This document shows positions 1-10,357 of a DNA stretch of 41,130 nucleotides, one piece after another. This DNA is from Azolla caroliniana (Eukaryota > Plantae > Polypodiophyta), in NCBI GenBank assembly GCA_043228905.1, contig JBHGNT010000275.1:1-41130 (forward strand), in the 5' to 3' direction. The position numbers and the translations under genes are program-made. The notes under the pieces are model-generated. The model ran no database searches. It was given only the letters and a program-made list of their open reading frames with translations, and had not been told where the DNA came from. Numbering within the stretch: position 1 is the stretch's first letter; every line of letters begins with the position of its first letter.

Positions 1-142
1 CACACACGTGTGCATGTGTTCACATACGTATCGACTCACAATTACATTTATGCCCCCTACACACACACACAACAATCATCATGATCACATTTGACCCTCG
101 CTCATCACATTGGACTCTCCGTACATCTCGTACGGGGTAACA
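1..142. mobile_element. Probable terminus of an unidentified LTR inserted into copia A
   Basis: CA-rich sequence ending ...GGGGTAACA at 142, exactly where homology to the copia integrase (CATGAGCAAAAGGGGTATAAG, as in copia C) begins. The other end is outside the window. Confidence 0.4.
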
Positions 143-2342
143 TGAGCAAAAGGGGTATAAGTGTTATAACCCTTGGAGACGAAGCAGGTCCGAGTTAGCC
201 GGGATGTTGAGTTTGATGAGATGGACATCATGGTATGCCTTACCGGCTCCAACTTCCAACTTCCAACCCCGACCCGATACCGGAGGATGAGGCTAGTTAG
301 CCTGAACATGTCTAGTTAGAAGACGAAGGGTTCGAGACTCTAGATGTGAGTCCGGAATCGTTTCGGTTGAGTGGGCCGAATGAGCGACTAGGTTCGACAG
401 ACCAGTCGGAAGATGAAACCGGTGAGTAGTGGAGGACCTCTGCAGTGTTACCCCCGTGCAAGGAACCGAGGAGATGGTTCACGCGCAAGGAAAAAGGGAA
501 GAGGAAGATGCCGGAGCACAAGACCAGCAATGGTGAGTTAGATCGTAGTGGATCTGACTCCGAAAAAGAAGAAGGCGGATCATTGGCAATGAAGACCGAA
601 CCGGCCAAGAAGGGCCTCAAATCGGGTAACGATAAGTTACGCCGATCTTCTCGCTAGAAGAACCTCGTGAAGCGGTACGGGTACAATGAGTACATGGCGC
701 ATCACTATGCGTACATGACCAAGGTGGCAGAAGTGGGTGAGCCGGAGAGCTATGTAGAAGCGGCAAAGGACGCAAATTGGCGTGCCGCTATGGAGGAAGA
801 AATGCGAGCACTTGATGCCAACGACACATGGGACCTAGTTGACCCTCCCCGACACTGTAAAAATGATCGGATGTAAGTGGGTGTACAAGGTAAAGCACAA
901 TGCCGACGGTTCGGTTAACCGATACAAGGCCCGGTTAGTGGCGAAGGGATACGCGCAGACCCACGGAATCGACTACGACAAGACCTTCGCTCCGGTAGCG
1001 AAGATGACAACAGTTCGTGTGGTGCTGGTGGTTGCTGCGGCAAGGGGGTGGCATCTTCACTAGATGGACGTGAAGAATGCATTTCATCAAGGCAATCTTG
1101 AAAAAGAGGTCTTTATGACCCAACCCCCTGGTTTCCAGTCCGAGATGAAGAAGTCGGCGGTATGCCGGTTGAAGAAGTCACTTTATGGCCTGAAGCAAGC
1201 CCCCCGAGCTTGGAATGCGAAGATCACGCACCGGTTGCGTAAGATGGGGTTTGCGGCCTCCAAGTCTGACTCTTCGTTTTTCATCCAGCAAGGTCCGGAC
1301 GGTTCGGTTTGGATCTTGTTGTATGTTGATGATCTAGTCATCACCGGACTCGGACTCGATGAAATCAACCGAGTCAAGTCCCAACTGTCGGACGCATTTG
1401 AGATGAAGGACTTGGGGGACCTTCACTATTTCCTTGGGATCGGGGTGATCTGAACCCCCGACGACATATTGCTCTCACAAAGACACTATGTGTTGAATAT
1501 GTTGTACAAGTTCGGCATGACGGAATGCCGACCGATCTCCACACCCCTGGACCGGAACTAGAAGCTCTGTCCCGACTCCGGACTGGCCTGCAATGAGAAG
1601 CAATTCCGACAAATCTTCGGAAGCCTTATATATTTGACAATCACCTGACCCGTCATTAGCTATCTGATCGACGTGATCAACCAATATATGCCGAAGCCAA
1701 CCGTGGAGCACCTTCTATACGCGCATCGAATTTTGCGATATGTGTGCGGCACGAAGGACCAGGGACTGTTATATCGGCATGGTATAACTGAAGAGCTAGT
1801 CGGCTACACTGATGCTGACTGGGCCGATGATGCATCGGATCGCCGATCCACCTCTGGCTATATGTTTTCCCTTGGTAGTGCAGTTGTTGCGTAGAGCACC
1901 AAAAAGCAACCAACAGTGGCCCTTTCGAGCACTGAGGCTGAATACTGGGGCGCTACCATTGCCACAGGCCGGCGATGCATCGGAGCGCCGATCCACCTCC
2001 GACTATATGTTTTCCCTTGGTAGCGCGGCTGTTGCGTGGAGCAGCAAAAAGCAACCAACAGTGGCCCTTTCGAGCACTGAGGCTGAATACTAGGGCGCTA
2101 CCATTGCCACCTGTGAAGCCATTTGGCTTCAGCGACTGCTGCAAGACCTGCGGATCAAGGTGCCGACCCCGATCCTGATCTACTGCGACAACATAACCAA
2201 CATGCAGCTCGCCAAGAACCCCATATTCCATGTTTGCACAAAGCAGATAGAAGTGCACTACCACTTCGTGCGTGAGCGTGTCTTGAGCGGTGAAGTCGAA
2301 CTTTGGTATGTTCATACGGATCAGACATCTTCACCAAACCAC
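143..2342 (+). pseudogene. pol: Copia A pol (IN C-terminus, RT, RNase H), disrupted
   Basis: [62 protein letters not shown] motifs, split by stops and frameshifts. Confidence 0.93.
1822..2111 (+). repeat. 145-bp tandem duplication inside copia A RNase H
   Basis: 1822-1966 and 1967-2111 are near-identical (GGCC..GATGCATCGGA...CTACCATTGCCAC). Confidence 0.92.
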
Positions 2343-2963
2343 TGCCGAGGTATTCCTCGTGGATGCGTGGAATGAGGCGGAACCTCGGGGGTCCTGTACC
2401 AAAGAGCAAGAGAGGAAGGGGACGAAACCCTCTTCGCGCGAGCGTAGATCCACAGGGACACGACCCTTTGACGCAAAGACGCAAGTGGGACAACGACACA
2501 GAAAGACACGAATGTATGTATGTATTAACAAAGACAAACAACAAGAACACGAAGTCGGTTACAACCGAACAGGCCGGCGAACAGATGCCGATACCTGCCC
2601 GTAAACGCACAGAGAGGAAGGAGTAGGTTGGAGGTGCTGCCGGAAGCACTCGGGCATTCCTCAGAGCAGCGCGAGCCTCCCGAAACCTGCATAGAAGGAA
2701 GCTATGGCGTTTGCAAACCAGAGAGAGAGAGAGAAGCCTTCGCACGCAAACTGACAGCACTTCGTCCTCGACTCTCCACGATCCCCTCGTCCCTCCTCGT
2801 CTCCCTCCTTTTATAGGCAAGGAAGGAGCCGTTTCCCCTTTACTTCCTACCTACCGAATCTACCTAGGATCTCCTATGTACAACATAAGGCGCATGTGCA
2901 TGAAGAGTCGGTTCCTACGCTCCGGTACACCGATTCCGCTTGTGGACGGTTTTCTTCACGACA
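2343..2963 (-). repeat. G1 3' LTR (621 bp)
   Basis: Direct repeat of 8606-9242; termini TGCCGAGG...CACGACA. Confidence 0.96.
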
Positions 2964-2976
2964 TCCGCTCCCACCT
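2964..2976 (-). promoter_or_regulatory. G1 polypurine tract
   Basis: Minus strand TAGGTGGGAGCGGA, purine-rich, abutting the 3' LTR TG. Confidence 0.65.
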
Positions 2977-3036
2977 AACCGCGCATCCACCGACATGCGC
3001 CAAATTGTGTTGGGACGGAGAAAACCGGTCCAGCCT

Positions 3037-6000
3037 TCATTCTCCGCCCGTCGGTTCTTCCTCGGTTTCGGATCGCTCGTCGTCGCGGTCCAAGTCAACC
3101 GGATCCGGCTCGTCGTCGTGACGCTTCTTGAACGCTTTGATCCGCTTCCCAGCTACCGGTATTGCCATTCTCGTACCGTCGAGTTCCGCCAGATGGTACG
3201 TCCCGTTGTCGTTGGCGCTTTGTACCACGTAAGGCCCGAACCACCTTCTTGCGAACTTCCGTGTCGCTCGGTGCTGGTTGTCAAGGCTGCTGTCGTAGAC
3301 TAGCACCCAGTCGCCTTCCTTGATCTTCTTCGGTCGGAGCCGGTGCGTTCGGTCGAACCGGGCTTTGTTCCTTATCCTTGCTTCCTGAAGCTTTTCCGCA
3401 GCCTGCTCCACGTCCTCCGGTCTTCGCTCGAGCTGTCGTATACGCGCCGCCAGCAGTTCCTCCCGGCTCATCTCGTCTCTCCAGTCCACGGTTGCCCACG
3501 AGGAGATCGTATGTTCCATCGGCATGACCGGCTTCTGCCCAATCATGAGTTCTGTTGGCATGAACCCGGTTACCGAACTGTGCGTAGTTCGGTCCGCCCA
3601 CAACGCGTAAGGCAGCAGCTGCGGCCAGTTCCCGACTTGACCTTCGCATGCCCGAACTAACGCCTTGACGATCGGTCCATGTCCGCGCTCCACCTTTCCA
3701 TTCGCCTCCGGATTGTACGCAGTGGTAAGCGAGAGCTTGACTCCTAGCCGGTCGAACAACTCCTCGGCCTCTTCGGTGTCCAACTCCCCGCGATCAGCCA
3801 CTATCTTCCCGACGCACCCGTACCGGCATATCACGTCCTCGATCAGGAACCGACACACGGCCGCGGTCGATTTGTTCTGAAGGGCTCGGCCTTCTACCTG
3901 GTTCGTCAGATCTTCCCGAGCCAGGACCAGATACCGCATCTGTCCTACTCCCATCGGCATCGTCACCAGATCTACCATCCATTTGAAGTGGATGGTCGGA
4001 GGGTACGTAGGGTGAAGCTCGTCCCGATGTCGGACTATGGAGTGCATCTGACAGCTCTCGCAAGTTGTCACGAACCGATGCACGTCCCGGTACAGTCCCG
4101 GTCACCAGTACTTCCCCTTTATCTTCTCGAACGTGGCCCACGTTCCACGGTGTCCAGCCCAAGGGCTGTCGTGGGAGGCCGTCAGCAGCTCCTCCTGTTC
4201 TTCCTTCATCGCCACCACCCGGAGCGGGACGCCGTTCCTCTTCTTCGGGTGCTTCCATAAGTATCCGTCCCGGAGAAAGAATCGGTATGCTTTCTTCCGG
4301 ATCCGGTTGGCCTCGTCCTTCGTCCATGACGCATCCGGCGTCATTGTCCTCAAAAATCCACCGATCTGTAGCCACTCGCCGTCGTACTTGCTCTCGTCGA
4401 AGCCGTTAAGTGCCGGAGTGCTCGCCCCGTCGATCGTCACGTACGCCGCCTCGAAGAAGTCCACGCCGACTTCTTCGTCCTCCGAAACCATGCCGCCCTC
4501 GTCATCAAACCTCGCCCTCGAAAGCATGTCGGCCATGGCGTTGTCTTTTCCAGAAATGTGTCGTATTTCCGGGTCCAAGGACTTGATGTGCACTATCCAC
4601 TTGAGCATCGCCAGGTCCAGTGTCGCGCATCCGGAAACCATGCCGAGAATCGGCAGGCAATCCGTCTCGATAACCACTTCTGTCCCGATCAGGTAGTCTT
4701 TGTCGGCCTTTACTGCCGAAACGATGCCCCAGAGTTCGCGTTTAACCTGGGCGTACCCTCGCTGTCGTTCACTGAGGACCTTCGCGCCGAATCGGATCGG
4801 GAACCGAATGCCGTCCCCGTCTTCTTGGTTGACGACCCATCCGATCCCGGTCGGCCCCGTACCACCGTTATGTATACTGGGGTACCCTTCTCGTAGACAG
4901 CCTTCCGGAGCGCCGGTGCCGCCGCAAGAGCTTCCTTCAGCTTCCGGACCGACTCCGTGTGCTCGTCTCGCCACTCGAATTTTCGCCCTTTCTTCAGCAA
5001 CCCGTATAGAACGCGCATGCCCCCAGGAACCTCCGAACTTCTGTAACCGAGCTACAGTCGGTCTTCATCGCGGAGATGGCTTCTACCTTTGCCGGAGACG
5101 GCTTCCAGCCATAGGGTCCACATAGGTGTCCAACCACCAGGATTTCCGATTGCCCGAAGGCCGATTTCTCCCCGGAGAAGGTGAGCCTCGCATCCTCTAG
5201 CCTTTGTAGCACCTTCTCGCAGTCGTCGATGTGTGTTGCCACGAATCGCCGGCATCCGTCTGGCCCGACTGTCTCGTCCTTCTCTTCCACCGGGCACCCC
5301 TTTATCGGGATGTCGTCCAGAAATGGCATGGTGATGTCCGGGATGCAATCCCTCAGTACCTTGTTCATTGCATTCACCATGTGGGCCACCGAGTTAGTCC
5401 CTCCTTGTGGCAGGGTACACATTCGCACTAGGCCGAGGGGAGTCCGCATCGTCGTAATGTCTCTGCTCTCCATGGCTAGCTGGAACTAGTCGTACCCTGA
5501 GTACAGATCACCGACCGAGTAAATCGACCTTCCGGCGAAGGCCTCCGCGAACTCGTCTATGGTCGGTCCGATTCCTACGTTCCGAATGGTCACTCTGTTG
5601 ACCGGTTGCAGGTCTTGAATGAAGCGCAATGTTCCGTTTTTCTTCGGTACGGTAAACCATCGGTTCGAGTATGGGGCACTCGACGGTTCAAGAATGCCCA
5701 TATCTACTTTCTACCTCAATAGCTCCATCAACTTCGGGATGTGAGCTCTCGGTACCGGAATCGGCTTGAGATTCCACGGTACATGCGGTACCGTGAATAT
5801 CACCATCGGCTCCACGATCGTCGGGTCTACGTACCCGATCTCTTCCGGTGAGAATGCGAAGGCTTTCCCGTGCCTTCCGAGCATCCTCCGAAACCGGTCT
5901 TCCTCCGCCGGCAGCAGGAACCCGCCCCCACCGATCTTGAGCTCCTGGAGCGTCCCGTCGGTGAAGGTGTGTCCTATGCAGGCCGGATCTCGTAAACTGG

Positions 6001-6460
6001 GGTCCGACGCCACCCCTCTGATTCGGGACTCGCTGCCCTCTGGCAAGGGTGCCGCGACTGGCCTTACCTTCCGGTCCACAGTCTTGTACTTCGTGCTAAC
6101 TTGGGCCGTCCGATCCGACCCGAGCCCCTGACTGAAGTTCGCGATGACTTCGTACATCTCTTCGGAACATACCGGTATCGTCCGGTCTTCGTTAAGGTCT
6201 TCTCCGGCTACCTTCCTCAGCATTCCCAAGGTGTCGTCGAAGGAGACCGCCTCCACGGCTCTGCTGATTTCCTCGTCCGGGCCGAGAACTCCGCACGCTC
6301 GAAGTCGCACTTCCGCCCTTGTCTTTTCTCGGCCGACGATGCCGACTATCATACACCCTCCGTTGTTGGAGAAGCAAAATTTCCTACCTATCGTATAGTC
6401 GTGGGGTCTTTTCCGAGTGTTCGGGCTGTCTCGGCCCCACGCCTTGGCAGCCCTCTCTAA
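3037..6460 (-). pseudogene. pol: G1 pol (RT, RNase H, integrase; no chromodomain)
   Basis: LPQGGTNS and PFLDDI (RT); YAQVKRELWGIV and ETDC (RH); H..GH..C..C, VDLV, ADRGE, NGKVERG, FGPY (IN). Contains TAG stops, small indels and a deletion of about 40 bp near 5005. Confidence 0.93.
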
Positions 6461-6466
6461 AAATCC
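6400..6466 (-). promoter_or_regulatory. Putative -1 ribosomal frameshift signal (G GAU UUU plus pseudoknot), G1
   Basis: Heptamer at 6466-6460, then UAG. Stems GGGCUG/CAGCCC and CGUGGGG/CCCCACG. The -1 frame is open into the 5711..6352 pol ORF. Confidence 0.82.
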
Positions 6467-8562
6467 TCCCGGCTCTCGCCACCGAGGGATTCGCGGTTTC
6501 TCTCGTGGTTCGGCCGCACCGTCAAAAATTGCACCGAATGGCGCCCGTCCTGGCTTTTGACCCTCGCGTAGGCCGAACCGTTGTCCAGCACCTTGGTCTC
6601 CATTCTCGCCGCCGTGATGTATGGATCCCCTAATATGACCGGGTGCGAGGACGTCTCCTGTACGAAGAAGTGCTGGTCAATCTCGACGTCGCCGATCTTG
6701 ACTCGCACGTTCGGGCAGGCCCCATGCAGTTCCTCGGTGGCGCGCGTCGCCGCCCGTATCTTCCATCCGTGCTTGGTGTTGATCGGCCACTTCCCCTTCT
6801 TATAGAAGTCCATGGACATCAGGTTTATTTCCGAACCGTGGTCCACCAACGCCACCATCGGTTCCTGAACATCTTCGATCTTTACCGGGGTCTCCGTGGT
6901 CGCTCGGGCCCAGTGTGGCCTCGAATAGTGGCTCTCCGCCCACTCATCTCCCAGCGCCGAGTCGTCGATGTGCGTCGTCTGCACCGCCACCAGTCTTTCC
7001 GGTTCCGTCTCTGTCGACAGTCTTTTCCGTTTCACCAAGTCTACAATGGAGTCGTGGAACTCCTTCTTGGCGATCCCTAGCACCTCCCGCAATGACAACT
7101 CCACTTTGCTGTCGAGGATCTGTTCTTCTAGGACCTTTCGTAGGTCCGTAGTCCTTTCTATTTCCGTCCCCAGTTGGTACCCGCCCTTCCTGGGGTTATC
7201 TCGCGAGCCGGACCCATCGGCATTGTTCCGTCGTTGCCCGAATCGGGTCTCGTACCGTTGTGAGGGCCCGGCCGCTCCGGCTTTCCCCACTCGTTTTTCC
7301 TCTACCAGAGCCTCGTAGTTCCGGCAGGTGGTTTCTACGAAGCCCGTCTTCTCCTCGACCGGATCGCTCCACCCGGTTATTTCCCGGACCCGTCTCTCAG
7401 CGCGGTCCGTTTCTTCTTTCCTCAGCCGTGCGCCGGCGAGGCCTTCCAGCATTGCCGACCAAAAACCGTCTTTGCTCTCCTTTCGGGCCTCGCTGCCCCC
7501 AACCCGAATACTGGCCGACGCCGAGTAGTGGATGGCCTCCACGTGTCGGGCCGCTGCCTCTTCCATCAGTCTCTTCATACCTCCTCGCCCGTTGTTTCGG
7601 TTCAAGGCCCTCCTGGTGTCGCTAGCGTGCACCCGGCCTTCCCACAAGTACACCACCCGGTTTCTCAACGCCTCTGCGAAATCGCCGCAGTCCTTCCGGA
7701 TGTGGCCAACCTCGTCGCACCACATGCACCTGTTCCCTGCTGCCGGCCGTCGGTCATGAGCCGGTTCGCTGCCTTCCCTTCGAGTCTAGGCAATCTGGAG
7801 ATCCTTTATCGCCCGCGTCAACTCCTCCAGCGCCGCTCCTCCAGACGAGCCATTGACCATGCCGGTCGAAGCCGGACCGGTTTCGAGCCATTCCCAGGTT
7901 TCTTCCCTTCGCACTTGCGGTGCCGGTCCAAGCCTCCTTGCTATGACAGAGCCCGCACCGGCCGCCCCGTTGTCAGCCCATTCTCCCCGTTTGTCGAAAC
8001 GGCCACAGACTCTCTTAACCGCAGCCCAGTCGGTTGTCAGCCCGTCTTCGGTTTCCAGCAAGGAGCCGACTTGATCCCTGTCCCGCTCGTCCACCGACTT
8101 GACGAACAGTAGGACCCGGCTTGTATCCAGAACGGTTCGGTCAAGCGCCGAAAGGCGCGCAAAGCGTTCTTCGAACTCCCGGAGGAGTGCCGACGCCTTT
8201 CTCCCCTTGCCGGGGAACTCCACCCATTCCATGAAGTCCCTTTTCGAAAGCCGGAGCGCGTCGTCCAGCCCATATTTTTCTAGGAGTCGGCCTTCGAACT
8301 CCTCCCAGGTACGGCTCTCCGCCCGCACCTCGAGCACCTCCGCATGGATGCTCGGCATCGCCACTCGAGGAAACCCGGCAAGACGCCTCTCTTCCGGAAT
8401 GTCCCGCATCAGCATTTCTGCCCCATAGGACGCCAAATACTTCGTGGCATCCTTTCCGCGGAACCGGCCGATCGTACCGATGAGGGTGTTGGTGCCCTCG
8501 CGTGCACTCAATATCCGATCCACGGCCGAAGCCATGGCCTCTGCAAGATCCGACCCTTTCAT
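6457..8562 (-). pseudogene. gag: G1 gag-protease (one premature TAG at 7786-7788)
   Basis: ORFs 7786..8772 and 6457..7725 share a frame. Zinc knuckle CMWCDEVGHIRKDC; protease ALVDHGSEIN...VILG. First ATG after the PBS is at 8562. Confidence 0.9.
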
Positions 8563-8584
8563 CTTCTGCTCTTCTGCTGCCTCC

Positions 8585-8602
8585 TTCACGTCGGGTTCAC
8601 CA
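8585..8602 (-). promoter_or_regulatory. G1 primer-binding site, tRNA-Trp
   Basis: Minus strand TGGTGAACCCGACGTGAA, 3 nt from the LTR. Complementary to the plant cytosolic tRNA-Trp 3' end as I recall it (...TTCACGTCGGGTTCACCA). Confidence 0.88.
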
Positions 8603-8605
8603 AGA

Positions 8606-9242
8606 TGTCGAGGTATTCCTCGCGGATGCGTGGAATGAGGCGGAACCTCGGGGGTCCTGTACCAAAGAGCAAGAGAGGAAGGGGACGAAACCCTCTTCGT
8701 GCGAGCATAGATCCACAGGGACACGGCCCTTCGACGCAAAGACGCAAGTGGGACAGCGACACAGAAAGACACGAATGTATGTATGTATTAACAAAGACAA
8801 ACAACAAGAACACGAAGACAACAAAACACGAAGTCGGTTACAACCGAATAGGCCGGCGAACAGATGCCGATACCTGCCCGTAAACGCACAGAGAGGAAGG
8901 AGTAGGTTGGAGGTGCTGCCGGAAGCACTCGGGCATTCCTCAGAGCAGCGCGAGCCTCCCGAAACCTGCATAGAAGGAAGCTATGGCGTTTGCAAACCAG
9001 AGAGAGAGAGAGAAGCCTTCGCATGCAAACCGACAGCACTTCGTCCTCGACTCTCCGCGATCCCCTCGCCCCTCCTCGTCTCCCTCCTTTTATAGGCAAG
9101 GAAGGAGTCGTTTCCCCTTTACTTCCTACCTACCGAATCTACCTAGGATCTCCTATGTACAACATAAGGCGCACGTGCATGAAGAATCGGTTCCTACGCT
9201 CCGGTACACCGATTCCGCTTGTGGACGGTTTTCTTCACGACA
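8606..9242 (-). repeat. G1 5' LTR (637 bp)
   Basis: TGTCGAGG...CACGACA; 16 bp longer than the 3' LTR; minus-strand TATAAAA at 9094-9088. Confidence 0.96.
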
Positions 9243-10185
9243 CCGCTCGGATCGGACAAGTTGCAATAGTTCACTGACATGCTTGGTATTCAACATCTCG
9301 ATGTGCCACACTTGAGGGGGAGAATGGGCAAAGACACCGGAATGGGCAAAGGCAATGAAACTACCGATTGCGCTGGTGAGGGAAGAACCGACAAAGGGAG
9401 ATATAAGAAGAAGAAAGGAGCCGAGTCAACAAAGGAAGTTGACACATTTGAACAAGTCGGAACAAGCGGCAGTGGCGGCAGAGTCAAGAAGGACAGAGCC
9501 GACCGGAAGAAGAAGGCCAAGACCCGCACATGGTCTGATGTGGTGAAGGTCCTGGAACCGGAAGATGAATCGGGAGCGACCGATTCGAACAAGAGCTGGA
9601 ACGAATCGGAGACAACCAATTTAGTTCAATAGACGGATTCAGAAGAACCAGATCAATTCAAGGCCAAGAGGACAAGAAGGCAGCGAAAGTCGACGCCAAC
9701 ATGAAGGAATCGGCGAATTGGCAAGCGGCGAAGTCACAATTGCGAGGGAGCTGAATTGGGCCTGTTGAGCAGACAAGCCGACCGAAGAGGTCGAGGTGCG
9801 CAGAATCAAAAGGGTCGCGGCAAACGGAACCAGACCGGACGAGGAGCGCGAGCGAGGTAGAGTGACGCCAGAAGGATACGACTCCGCACGCTCGTGGTCA
9901 AACATCGACAAAAGATGAACCGGAAGGTCGAGGAGACGCTTGCTAAGGGCTGGAGGGAATGGTCGGCTGAAGCGGTCGAACTCCAAGTCTTACGGGCCGA
10001 CGCCGAGAATTGGAAGAAAGAGGGTCGTGGCTTCTACAAAATGGACAAAAATAGCATCCAATTAGTAAGAGAAGACCTCACCGAGACTTCCAAGCTCTGG
10101 CAAAAACTCACACCACGGAAATTGGAAACCGGTTGCCATGGAGATTGACACTACAATCTGACCTCAAGTTGAGCTTGAGGGGGAG

Positions 10186-10357
10186 TGTTGAGCGGCAAGC
10201 TCAACTGGATCCGGATCGACATCCGGAAGGATGAGCTGGATCAGTGAGCCGGTGAGCAAATGAGCCGGGGAGCTGGGAAGCCAGTTAACCGGATCAAGCA
10301 GTAACCGGAAGCCTAGTAGCAGCCTAGACTACTAGGTAGTTAATGTCTCGTAGTTAG
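10186..10357 (+). repeat. Copia A 3' LTR, truncated (U3 part only)
   Basis: Follows the PPT; aligns with the first part of the copia C LTR, then is joined abruptly to copia B pol. Confidence 0.88.

Larger units (their letters stand above)
2343..9242 (-). mobile_element. Full-length non-chromovirus Ty3/gypsy element G1
   Basis: Two TG...CA LTRs, tRNA-Trp PBS, PPT, gag-PR-RT-RH-IN order, flanked by CCAC (2339-2342) and CCGC (9243-9246). Confidence 0.96.
143..10357 (+). mobile_element. Ty1/copia element A (3' half), interrupted by gypsy G1 at 2343-9242; 3' LTR truncated
   Basis: IN tail, RT and RNase H in copia order. The sequence resumes at 9243 after G1. PPT at 10175-10185, then an LTR starting TGTTGAG at 10186 that matches the copia C LTR until about 10357. 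Confidence 0.9.

Noticed and set aside
2155-3303. Multiple 100-220 aa ORFs over the G1 LTRs (also 8344-9315)
   Set aside because: GC-rich LTR sequence open by chance; no motifs, and they cross element boundaries.
8563-8772. N-terminal extension of the gag ORF through the PBS into the LTR (ORF 7786..8772)
   Set aside because: The upstream part is LTR/PBS sequence opened from an alternative start. Homology to G2 gag begins only after the ATG at 8562.
9279-10148. env-like gene in the copia 3' region
   Set aside because: No signal peptide or transmembrane segment; highly charged and in frame with pol.
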